From positions 8,058,849 through 8,122,848 of the forward strand of contig CM082583.2 of the NCBI GenBank assembly GCA_040954595.2: DNA of 64,000 nucleotides, written 5' to 3'. The stretch is from Balanoglossus misakiensis. Lineage: Eukaryota; Animalia; Hemichordata. The stretch's first letter is position 1. Every line of letters starts with the position of its first letter. The position numbers and the translations under genes are program-made. The notes under the pieces are model-generated. The model worked only from the letters and a program-made list of their open reading frames with translations, was not told the origin of the DNA and searched no databases. Shown piece by piece: positions 39,433 to 51,800 of this stretch.

Positions 39433-42137
39433 TCAGTCAGAATCTTCTTCATCGCCATAATCCATGGAAATTCTCTGTGGCACTGTCAATGCAAAGACAA
39501 ATCCATTTGATTATTCACATTTGCCAACAAATATTTCACTTTTTAGCATATTTGGTCAACAAGAACAGTGATGTTGAAGTTTGAAGAGGTCATAACCTCT
39601 GACCTCCAGAGAGGTGAAGACCCTTAATCAACCCTTGGGTCCCCGACATTCCCATCATACCTTTTGTGTGCTTCAGAAGGGCTGCCGTTGATGGGTCTTT
39701 GGCCAAATCATATGCCATTTTATTCTCATTATTTTTCAGGTCAGTTTTCACTCCTACGAAAATGAGAAAAATACATGTAGAAATAAAATAGTAGCCACAC
39801 ACATGTACACGAGTGACAGCAGCTAGCAGCAAAGTTCTGACATGTCAGCACTCCCTAGAAATTTGTCAAGGGGTGACCAGCACCGCATGAATAGAAATTA
39901 ACCCAATATCCACTGACTTGGTAGGAAAAGTGGATATGGAAATAGAAATATAAAGCTGTATTCGTGGTGTAGACAAACTGTCATCAACGTGAATTAATGT
40001 TTCACTTTACCATACCTTTCTCGAGAAGTAAACTCACAGCCTCTTTGTGACCCTTCCATGCTGCTGAATGCAATGGTGTGTCACCCATCTTATTCTGGAA
40101 GAGATGAACTCATTTGTTTTAGTCAAACAGACAAAATACAGCAATCAACACATTTATAATTCATTCATTCATTCATTCATTCATTCATTCATTAGAGTCT
40201 GTGCAATTGCGATGTATTTCGCTATGTAAGTGACACACATGACTGACCTGTACATTGAGTTGAATGCGAGGCGTTGATAGAAGAACTGTCAAGCATTCTA
40301 TGTGACCCCCATGGGCTGTCCAGTGCAGTGCCGTACACCCAGCCTTGTCAAGACCATTCACTGACACCTGGAGGGGAAAATGACACACACAACATGAAAG
40401 CCAACTACCGGACTATGAATCATCATTTGTTACTGTTCAACTCACATTACGACTCAAGATCAGTCTGGGTTTGATACTTCCATGACATAATTTCTGGTAC
40501 AGACCAAAATAATGGCATGACAATATTTATATGTGATGTCTACACAAAGAGTGAGTGTAGCGCAAGCAATACAATACTTAACAATGTTCATATATGCTTT
40601 GTAATCAAGAACAGTGTGAAAAGATAGCAACTCTATCCCTATAGAATAGTAAAATTTGCAAGAAACACTTACGCCATTGTTGATACATTCTTTCATGAAG
40701 TCCAGATTGCCCCTCTTTGCAGCCTCATGTAATGGATTATCCACTGACTCCATACTTTCTTCAACTGTGGATTGAAAATTCAGTCTGTGTCAACCTTGAG
40801 TTTTCTTTCAAATGTAATCTTATTCAAACATTTTGCAATGAGTACAAAAAGCAATACCACATAAACTTTTAATTATTCAATAATTTATTCTGACTCACTG
40901 TAGTTACTCGGTATAAGACCAGTTTTACCCCCACACTTTGCCTTCCACCAGTCGGGATTGCTCTGAGAAAATAAACAGGAAACAAACTCATCCAGCACTA
41001 CATGCTATCATGTTGATACACAATTACATAGATGCAAGTTGGGTACTACGGTTGTGGTCAGTGAGACTTGTACGATTGTTGGTTACCTGCGTATGTGTGA
41101 TATATTTATTCTGATGTTACAGGCAATACCTACCATGTCTAGTACATACAACATTTCACCTTCGTCAAAGCTCAATTCATCAGCCTGGATATACAGCAAA
41201 ACAAAAATGGGAGATGTTAGAAAATTGCATTTTTTTGTACATGCAATGTTGATCTACCAAATGTTGATCATCTATCAATATTGAGAATACTACATACAAG
41301 TAGAATAAATTTTGATTAAATACTTTTAACAAAACCATGGGATTTAATATTCAAATTAAAGTACTATTTTATTCAAATGAGACACTTCATTGAAACAGAT
41401 GAAGCAATGCCACCCAGTATGTGAACTTTCATACCTATGTCATCATATATTTATTTAATTTTTTTTTTTTTTTTTTGCAAATTAAATTACACTTCAAGAA
41501 ATAACTAACCTGTTGGGCATCATATTTGTACATGGCTCTGAATACTTTGACCAGTCCTACATTCACAAACAAAAGAATTATTGAAGAGATCTTCCTGATT
41601 TTGCACTGCTTCAGCTAATTTCAACTACACACAGTCAATGTTTGATATTTTGCCACAGCTACCTGCACTGAATAAACATATAATCAAAAGTTACACTTAT
41701 GGTCCCTTTTACACAGTCTTGTGGGATGATCTCATTTCGACTCGCACGACCAAGATATCATTTGTGCATGGCTAAAACCTACTCAGGGTATTATTACACC
41801 ATCCCTTGGAGATGCTGAGCTGAAATCATGCAAGGGTCCCATCACCCCGCCCACACCAGCCTAATTTGAGGCACGCCTCACACATCGTCAACCACATTAC
41901 ACACGATGTGAATCTGGTGAATCAAGTGTGATTTGTGGTGACACCCTATCAAAGACAAGACTGTCCACGAGCGCAGAATAAATGTCAGTCCCACACCAAT
42001 TCAATCAACTCAGTTGAAAACTGTCATGACTTTATAAACATTGTGATGGCCATTGCAAGACACCGTCACCTAATCCCCTTACAAATAACTTCATTACCTG
42101 GTTTAGGAGCTGGTTTAGGAGGTGCTGGTCGCGACAT
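39433..42137 (-). CDS. OSTF1: Osteoclast-stimulating factor 1 (Pro-rich + SH3 + ankyrin repeats), ~211 aa, 9 exons
   Basis: Exons 42137-42098 ([13 protein letters not shown]), 41556-41510, 41184-41134, 40962-40899 (SH3: VFRAMYKY...DELSF...DWWKA...GLIPSNY), 40764-40673 ([11 protein letters not shown]), 40367-40248, 40094-40016 ([15 protein letters not shown]), 39753-39661, 39482-39433 (DYGDEEDSD*). 636 nt in frame. Confidence 0.95.
40159..40192. repeat. (ATTC)n microsatellite in an OSTF1 intron
   Basis: attcattcattc... about 8 units. Confidence 0.9.
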
Positions 42138-42426
42138 TTTCAATACAGATCTGTGTTTCTTGAACTTCTTTGTTAACCCTGTAAATGTTTCGATACAGGC
42201 AACTTTTAGACGAGTTGTATGAAGATACAGCAGAACTTCCTCAATTTCACTTCCGGGTTTTCTCTCGCTAAATCTCAACACGATCTCGTTTTGAACAGTC
42301 TCGCAAAATGCGCGATTTCAATCAGCTGTTTGAAGAAAACATTGCGCCGGTGAATGTCCACGCTAGTGAGATGGGATGGATGCTTCCAACTTTCATCAGT
42401 GAAGTTCTGAGTAATTGATCGGTATT
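42138..42426. promoter_or_regulatory. Bidirectional promoter shared by OSTF1 (-) and LINS1 (+)
   Basis: The divergent ATGs are only ~290 bp apart; locally CpG-rich; ETS/GABPA-type CACTTCCGG at 42248-42256. Confidence 0.65.
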
Positions 42427-45400
42427 ATGGATAGTTTCTCTGAAGGTCCTCATCAAAAGGTACAGAATATAAGTAATTTTCACGTCACATTCAGTGAGAT
42501 TATTCTGAATCGGATACAAACTCTGGCACTCTGTGGGCCGGAAATGCTAATGCATCAAGTGATGATGATGGTGATGGTGGTGGTGGTTACTTTTGTTTAT
42601 TTAAAATCTTTCTGCTTATTTCTAATCAGATAATCAAACTTCAGTCAACTGAAGACAGTTTTGACTCAACACTGTTAAGAGACCTTTACCAGAAATGTTT
42701 ATGTCGTCATGACAACCAAGGAGTCATACAGTATCTTATGAGCCACCGAGACAAACACAACCAAAGCGATATATTGATGAGGCTGTCCGTGGTTGTCAAT
42801 TTATATGACGGCAACTCAGCGAATGTTTGTAATGAAATAAACAGGGTGAGATTATCACTGGCCAAAAATGAAGAATTTCTCAAATGTTTGGTAAGTTTGA
42901 TAACATAGTTATTTTTTTATTGTACCGATGCATCCAGTGCAACAAGTAATAGAGTGGAACTGACTGGCAGTGTCGCAGCACGTGGGACAAAATGAATGTC
43001 TCTATACTTGCAATTGACCACATGATGCATCTACAAACTATGTCCTGTATCTCTTTATGTAATTCTACAAGATTTGTCCGTTTCTACCGACAGGTTGGCC
43101 TGCTCGGTCATAAAGACAGATTGGTTGCATTCAGTAGCAGCAAGTCTATTAGGAGTATACTGTCTGCCTGTTCCAAAAAGGTAAGTTGCTATGGTAACCT
43201 GCTTATCATTTTTCTAGTATCCAACAAGTATTAAACTTCAGTAAAATATGTTGGTAGTCATCATCAACTGTGTTAAACCATGGCTATATCTAGTTTGTCG
43301 AAATTATTTCCTGTCGTGATATTCTAATACTGTCATTCACTGATATCGTTATCTTCTTTTTTTCAGATGTTCTCTAGCAACTTCCTAAACTCTTTGACTG
43401 TAGGTTTTTCACATGATGTTGAAATTTTGGACAGACATCCCGAATCAGATTTGGTAAACTTGCGTGTTTTCACATTCGACACCTGGAAAGGATTACTCAA
43501 GAATCTGCGAACAATGGAGGATGATTGTTTTTCCATGGCAACTGTGAAGAATCAAAATCATCTTTGCACTAATCGTATTCGTTTGCATAAAGATCAACTT
43601 GCCAACCAAGGTATAGGTTAGTTCCTTGTTCCTCAAATTTAGGCCAAAATTGCAGATTACTTGTCAACTTTAGAAGTGCTAAACAGAGAAAAAATACTGA
43701 GGTTTTATGTCTTATATCCTATTCATCACCTAATCAAAAAAATAAAATGATATGCCATGGATCAAAGCTTGAGATGCATTTCAGTCTTGGCATATACATG
43801 TACAACTTACAAGAACTTGCTATCCTTATCATCCCTGACACTAGAGGGCGTGCTTTCATGTTCTTTATATTCCAGATGATTTAGTTTCATACTTAACATT
43901 ACTTGAGACCAAGATGGAACAAACTCTGGACAATATTCACAAAAGTCCAAAAGAAGATTCCGAGGACACAGGAATTATATTGCTATCCTTCATTGATCTC
44001 ATGGTAGAAGTTGTCAAACACTCATTGCGAATTCAGTCCGGTGTTTACATAGAGATCATCCTGAAATTAATGCTGTTTTTGGCTACAAAGGATTCAGTGT
44101 TGTGCAAAAGGATACTTGATGTTTTGAACCAGACTATGGACTGCAGTGACAGTCACCGTGATTTTCCTCCTCTGAAGGCAGCGTCAGTTACCATAGCAAC
44201 ATCTGTCATAGAGACGGTGATCAACGACGGACTCCAGAAACTACCACTGAATGATGGGTTTGTTGGTTTTGGAGGAAAGATATTCCTGGATGTGGACAGT
44301 CAAGTGAACCATGACCCGAGGACGGATAGAGATCAAACCATGCTGAGAAAACTTGCCATCCTTGTTCTGCGATCATGCTGCGTGATGCTGCAGGTCAGTT
44401 TGGAAAAACCAGGAGACCAACAGAAGCACACAAGCAAAGGTATGGTTGGATATATCTGCCAGTTGGTTGTTTTCAGTGTTAAAAATCTCAAACATCAAAA
44501 TTTTCAGTCCCTTTAACTTGTATTCACTATCCCTTGCAGAACCTTGTGGTGATGTATTGAAGTGTTTGGAATGCCTTTCAGCACTGATCTCCACAACAGC
44601 AACAAGTGATTCCAACAACTCACTGTCTGCTTGGATCTGCGATCTCTTCAGTGATCAAGATGAAGATTTGGTGTTGGCCTTGCTTCTTTCCTTTAATATC
44701 CACACCAAAGCCAAGAAACTAAGGTACTATACTTTTTTTTCTTGACTGACCATCACCAGAATTTTAGTGCCAGCCATGTTAGCACCAACGAGTGATTGAA
44801 TATGTATATCTGTATTTGATACATTTGCAGTGTTCAGGCAAGAGATGTTGATCAAGAAGATTTTAGCAGAATATGCGAACTGTGCAATCCCCATGAAATA
44901 TTTGTGACATTCCTCCAGACAATATCATTTGATCACAGCGTGCCTCTGGATTGGCTGATATCTTCAGAAACACGATTTCTGGAATACTTTGTGAAATATC
45001 TGAAATTCGCTGATCACGACTGGGTTCACTTGTGTCAAGTGTGTGAATCTATGGATGGGGAAGCCCGCGCAGGGAATGCAGTGAGGGGCAGTTCTGACAG
45101 TTTGTCTGGGTGTGCAGATACACGGTTGCTAAGAGACCCTTTTGAGCAAAGGGAGACAGAGCAGTGGAAGGAAGAGCCTAGTGCAGACATGCTCAGCCGA
45201 GACCCAGATTCGAATATCAAAACTGGTGCTAGACGCAACCACAAAGCTGACAAATCTTGCATTGCCATGACAACTGGGATGGGCGAGGCTTCACAAATTC
45301 ATCAACACAAGAATGAATCCACCGACAGTCAGTGTTCTGGATCTGACAGGGACACCGCATCTGACGAACATGATTCTGATTCTGATGCCGATGAACAAGT

Positions 45401-45563
45401 ACTGCGGGAAGTGATGACATTTTTCACGGAAATAAGAGAAGCCATCGTGAGGTTGCAAAGTAAAAATCTGTTTCCATACCCACCACAGGCACTTCTGAAA
45501 TTGTTGATTGGCATACAACATCTGTATGAACAAAGTGTGGATCAAGTATATGTAGAATCATAA
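42427..45563 (+). CDS. LINS1: Protein Lines homolog, ~701 aa, 7 exons
   Basis: Exons 42427-42459, 42630-42890, 43094-43180, 43367-43610, 43876-44439, 44540-44723, 44831-45563 join in frame. Lines motifs: GFVGFGG, LRKLAILVLRS, LFSDQDEDLV, NPHEIF...FDHSVPLDWLISSETRFLEYFVKYLK, RLQSKNLFPYPPQALLKLL. The N-terminal exons are less certain. Confidence 0.88.
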
Positions 45564-45804
45564 TACTTTGCCTTCAGTCACTCTAATGGTCTATTCTCCC
45601 TGAACATCAGACATTTTTAAGTACAGCAGCATAGATACAATTTTCAGAAGAAAAAAAACTACATTTGTGAATGGGAAAAGTACCCATCTTTTCAGATTGA
45701 TGTTTTATTTTTAAGTATGTAAAAAATGGACAAAGAAATAAATTTTGACATTTTTTTTGGAAATACACAAAATGACGTGGTATGACTGTGACATCCTAAG
45801 CAGG

Positions 45805-47544
45805 CTACTCTCTGCACGGTTTGTAGTAAAATATGATCCCTGTCTTCCCCTGAAAGTAGTCCTCCACGATTTCTTCACGGACTTTTTCCATCAAGCCCCG
45901 GCTGAGATATTCATCGACCATTGGTTTGACCGAATCCGATGTCCTCTCTGACTCCATGATTCCAAATATTAAGTAACCATCTGCGAAAGTGGATCATGTT
46001 GACATTATGTTTCTGTCCAATAAATATTTAACTAAAACATTCACCATCAGCAAATCTAACGTAAACTCGTTCATTTGTTTGAAGTGTATGACTGCTTCAG
46101 AAGACAATGGAATTACCTGTTTTTGTTATTCTCAGCCATTCTTTGAGTCCGTTTATGTCAAGAAACATGCCCACACCCACCAGTACCACTGTATCATAGC
46201 GACCTGCAATTCAAAATGATGAAATATTTTACAGATATATCATCAGCGTCTGACTTCATCATCAACATTTTCTCTTCGTCTGATAGAATACAAGAGTAAC
46301 CTGTGAAACATCAACAATTTTTGCTTATCAGACCAAAGTGATGATTTCATACTTACCGCTGTCAAAACTTAGTGTCTTATCAGGACCAAGCTCTTCATTA
46401 AATATGGCTCTGTAGACATTCTTCTTTTTAGCCAGCTTGATACATTCATCAGAAATATCCAAACCATCGATATTGCGAAAACCCAACTTAAACAACTACA
46501 GGTAGAAATATAAAAAAATTCCAAAGGTTTTTCTTTGCATTTTAAGCATTTGAAGTTCTTTAATCATCTGAAGGTTAATTAATGCCCAAATAAACTAAAT
46601 TTCGAAATACATTATGCAAATCATCACCTCTTCACCAACTAATCCAGTGCAACATCCTAAATCCAAGATTTCAGCCGTTTTGTTTGGTATGACCTTTGAC
46701 ATTGACTCGGCGACAAGTCTTGGTGCATTGTACTTCCACATGGCAGTGTCCTGAATGGAGAGAAGGAAAAAGGAAGAATAAAGAGAAGTTAAACAGCTTT
46801 TTTTCTAAGTATTTAGTTTATTAGTATATGTTACCAGAAAAGCTGTCATTTGAACTTCGAATGTGTATAAAAGTATGAAGAACTGTATGGATAAGTTACC
46901 AGATTGACTGTGGGAAGTGTGTGGTGTTATCACAGGGAACTTAGTAATTTTGTTATTGTTGTTGTTGTTGTTGTTGTTGTTAAGATTGGTAATAAAATTT
47001 AAAAAAAATCAATGTGTCATTTCTTGCTATGTTTGTCGATGTTGTAGATAACTGTAAAAAAACCCAACCATAATCGTGGAAAACACGACCTAGGTCGCCG
47101 AATGTCACTACCGTCTTACATACAGGTATGTAAGCTTATAAGACGGTAGTGACATTCGGCGACCTAGGTCGTGTTTTCCACGATTATGGTTGGGTTTTTT
47201 TACAGTTATCTACAACATCGACAAACATAGCAAGAAATGACACATTGATTTTTTTTAAATTTTATTACCAATCTTAACAACAACAACAACAACAACAACA
47301 ACAATAACAAAATTACTAAGTTCCCTGTGGTGTTATATCAATGTTCACACCAGAAGAAGCATCAATTCTTAGATAGATTACCACCTGGGTATCTATCTGC
47401 ATATACCTGGTCATAGGTGCTGCTCCATTCGTTAAACTTCTCTTTCATGACCTCTGCGCTGTAATCATCCCCCAATCCCTGTGCTGGATGGCCATCAGGT
47501 AATTCGACAGGGTTATCACAATCTTCACACTTATGGTCGGCCAT
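45805..47544 (-). CDS. Class I SAM-dependent methyltransferase, METTL27/WBSCR27-like, ~220 aa, 5 exons
   Basis: Exons 47544-47407 (...FNEWSSTYDQ), 46750-46628 (YNAPRLVAE...ILDLGCCTGLVGEE), 46495-46357 (LGFRNIDGLDIS...AKKKNVYR), 46203-46117 (YDTVVLVG...EWLRITK), 45980-45805. 663 nt in frame. Exact orthology is uncertain. Confidence 0.8.
46931..47329. mobile_element. Non-autonomous foldback/MITE DNA element with ~190-bp inverted arms and 7-bp TSD
   Basis: Left arm 46931-47118 is the reverse complement of right arm 47139-47329, apart from (TTG)8 vs (CAA)9. Spacer is 20 bp. GTGTTAT is directly repeated at 46924-46930 and 47330-47336. Termini CACAGGG...CCCTGTG. Confidence 0.88.
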
Positions 47545-48778
47545 TTCGAGCACTTTGTTCGACAGGTGGTTGTGTGCTGCGGTATATACAGTCACATGGA
47601 GTGGTTAACGATGACCTTGAACATGGGCCAGTCACTTAAAACACAGACTGTGCTTAAAACATGTAGGCTACATGTAGCCTACATAAACATCCGAAAGCAT
47701 CATGATATATATGTGTGCTTATAAGTATCGCAGGCTCTGGAGTAATAAAAGTCGTGTGGTGCATGGGCCTAAAGCTTGATTTTATGTTGCAATCACACGG
47801 CTTCCGCATATTACTCTGGAAGCTAGTGCTTGTGATAATTAACTTAGAACCACTGTACGTTGGAAGAAAAAACTTTTACTTCTCGTTTGATACGACGACT
47901 TGGTCTCAAATTAATTTTGAACTGATACGACGTCTTATATACATTAAAAGTTAATTGCGAAAGTCTCACCTTGTGGAGCGGAGAGCTGCAGCGTTTGCAA
48001 GTGCCCTCTTTTAAGTCGAATATTGACCCCTAATAACCTACTTCAGATCTGGTTCCGACTAAAAGGAGGTCAGTCTTGCTTTAATATATCGAAACGACAT
48101 AACAAGTTGATCAATGTCTTAAGGCTTACTTTCAAACTTGTAGACACACATGGATCCCTGGACTATTGCCCAGAAATTCACGCAATAGTAAAACACTTAA
48201 AGACTGCTACAGAAATCGTTTGCTACCATGGAAACAACATCCAACCACGATCCAAACAACGAAATCATCAGTATCGAAGTTATTGGAATGATAAAATATG
48301 TAAATGAAAAAGGCAAAGGAAAGGGCAAGCACGATCAATCAAACAAGTGAAACGTTACGCGACCAGGTGAGAAATGAGTTTGAAATGACATATAGGTCCT
48401 ATTTCTGCCCCCCCCCCCCACCCGAAACGAACGCATTACAAATTAAATGCATAGGCGTTCATACCTCCATGCATATTCATAGCGAGGAGAAGGGTAAAAC
48501 CAGAATAAAATGCCATCATAAAGAAAACCTACAACGCTCATAGGATTTTACAGTCACTTTTTATTTACATGTGCCTATTCAGTTTTCCATGGTAACCAGC
48601 AAATTTGTTAGGTTATGAAGCGGTACATGGCGGCGTTCCAGTAGTTCACTTTTTAAACACTTTTATGAACAACATTACACGCATGTGACAGTAAGATAAT
48701 TGATAGGAAACAGCTGCATTTTAGCAATTACTTGGGAAATAAAACTTAGAAACAAAAACCACGTGCGCGACCTTGGGA

Positions 48779-48862
48779 TTTCCCGCTATTACGCCTCGGA
48801 CATGTAACGCGCAAGCGCAATGTCATTTATAGGGATGCTGGGAATTTAATTTAAAATGGCCG
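48779..48862 (+). promoter_or_regulatory. Putative E2F site and YY1/Kozak motif at the TICRR start
   Basis: TTTCCCGC (E2F consensus TTTSSCGC) at 48779-48786; AAAATGGCC over the start codon. Fits a G1/S replication-initiation gene. Confidence 0.4.
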
Positions 48863-51800
48863 CGGTTCTTCAAACGGCGACGATGATAAAGAAACATCAA
48901 GTAGTGTTTATGGTTGATCTGCTCTCTGCATCATCCAGCGAGTTCGACCAGGTCGACTTTGAGAAATATTCAACAACAGTAAGACTGACAGTACTGAAAC
49001 TTTTAAACTTTTTCGGCAGTAAGCGAGAAACCACCGAATCACTGAAATGGGGTTACAAGTTTATGTACACTCGGGTACCAAAATACGAACGATGCATACG
49101 GTGCAGTTTTAAAGATTTCAATTTAAGAACTTTTAAAGAATTCGAGTGTGAAGTTGCCAGCAGAGTGGATGAAATCGTCACTCCGAAAACAACAGACTGT
49201 GGGGACTCGAAGAAATCTGGTAGCTTCAAGCGAAACGGACGTCCCGTGAACACTGTCAAAACAACACTCACAGAGGTAACGCAGGACTTCGAATGGGACC
49301 TGCCAGATATTAGTTCCCCAACCCGGAAGAAACCAATCACGCGTACTAAGCAACGAGATGGTAAGGACGATCAGCAAGGGAACTATGTGTTTGTGCTATC
49401 CCCGTGTCCGCGTAGCGGAAGCGCTTTGCAAACATTCAGCGGACATCCGAAGGGTGGGACGACCGCTAAAGACCTGAAGGAATTATTGATGTCTAACAGT
49501 TTGTACAGTCAATTCCACGATGTACACAACATCAAATTGTATTGGATAGATACCGGTGAATGGTGTCTGCAAAAATCGGTATGTACCTTACAATGTTATC
49601 ATCATCATTCATCATCATCATCATCATCATTGTTCATGTTGTCCCCATCTGTGAGTCATTAGCACTTACATGTATTAAAATACTATTCGCACAGGTTGGA
49701 CACCCAGAAGACTTCGCTGGTTATTCAGTCCTGTCCAAAGTCCTGGAAGAGCACCTGGATGGTCGGATCATACCAGTCAACGCCCTACTGCACACTGGAA
49801 GGACTCTAACCACCAACATCCAATCAGTGCGCAGCATCCAGAACATTCAGTCACCAGAGGCTGAAGGGAAAAATGTGGAATCAAGGGAAGTCAATGGAAA
49901 AGACTGTGAGACCGAGCTCCCTCAAAACAATAGGAAAACTAAGAAGATATGCGCCTGGATAGATGGGCCCCTGCCACTGTCTTCAGTTGCAGAATACTAT
50001 ACAACAAGCTTGGACAGTGCTACCCATAGTGTACATTTCCATGATGATGTCGTGGTGTTGCTGTCCAGGATGACAGGTTAGTGGCTGGAATTTGTTTCTT
50101 TCTTGTCAGAGAAATCTTGTATAATAGCTAGTGAATGATGTTTTATACACACAAATTGTTTCTCTTAAACACGTTGATAAAAAAATAACCAACAATTATT
50201 GGCATGATGTAATCTCAAAATAATAACGATACATTTCATATCGATTGTTGCAGAGTCAGTGAGGCAGATCTACTGTAAGCTGGAACTACTCCCATTATCA
50301 TCGCAAGCAACATCAAGATTAAGAAAGTAAGATTACCAGTCACTGTTTATGTGCAAAAGCTGTCATGATTTTTGTTCCATGAAGAATATTAATTGGTTTG
50401 ATTTCAATGACTGATGTATGATAAATTTCTTTTAATTTATACAGCTTACAGAGTGGCAATACTTCATCGAAGACAGGGAATGCCTCTACAAGTGGAAGCC
50501 AGCAGATCGGTGTGGTAGAAGTGGACATGGCAGAGAAAGGTCACGTAACGTCAGTCGATGTCTTGGAAGAGACAGACTGTGACACCGTCACTGTGCAACA
50601 CATGTACGTGTGTGGGGTTGTGCCTAACCACGTTATAAGCATTGACATGTGCAACAGGCAGAATGTCTATGGTTGTATCGGGTTGAATCACGAGGACAAC
50701 GAGAGAGGCGGTGATGGTGATGGCACGTCCGGTTCATCACAGCATCCGGAGGGTGCTTCCACAGAAGAGAAATCCATCTCGGCCTGGTTCCAAAATCTAC
50801 AGTGCGTGTTGGCACAACAGCAGCTTGCACTGGTGAGCCTGTGTTTGCATAAGTTTGATTCTGACTTTTTAACAGGAAAAGATCAATAAAGGCAGTGGGA
50901 CTGTGTTCATAGCGGTCAGCTAGTCAGTTGCAATCTGAAATAGAGCATCAAGTACCTTTGAAATTAATGCAACTGAATAGCAGTATTGTATTTTGATATA
51001 AAAGATTATACTCATCAAATTTGACATCTTGTTTTCAGGTTGTTGAGTTTTACAACACCACCACAGGTTTACCTGTGACTGCTGTCTTGCAACCTTTGAC
51101 CTTTACCATGGCAACACTCAGAATTATTCAACCCGACAAGATTCTGTCACTGGAGAAAAATTTAGTCTTTGGATTCAGGAAGAGTAGCAAAGGTAAGTAG
51201 TTTGTTTGTTAATTTTTTTTACACTGGAATCAAGTCAGATGTACGTTAGACAGTTAAAGTTTTGGTGAATAAATCTCACAAAATATTTTGGTTTTTATTG
51301 TCTCCAGACCAAAGCTCCACTTTGTCTTTTGCAGATGACGTGACACAGACAGTTACATCTCAGACTCTTGAACCCTGGTATCCAAGCCATCCCAGCTACG
51401 GCGCTTGTCAGAAATTGATACAAGAACTGATCAAGTAAGTACTTAGAATGGAAAATAAGTTAAGCATAAAAATGCCTGTACAGAGTACAAAATGCAAAAG
51501 GTTCTGGACAGTGGAGTGTTAACGTTCATGTTCTTTCCATCAGCATCCCAGTGACTGATGAGGAGGAAGGGCCGGCACCCGTGAGTAGCCTGATGCAGGA
51601 CATTCAAGAGCTGTACTGGAGAGAGAAGCAGGAAGGAAGGAATGAAAAAGATCCCAAAAGAGAAGTTCAGGGTGTAATAGACGAGAAGAAGGAAGGTTAG
51701 TGCGCGTTTTTGACTGTTGTCTGAATGGAGTGTCAAAGTGAAAGTTTCAAAAACATATCTTTTGTGGTTTGTCGGGTGTACAGAACTCGCTCTTTGTTCA

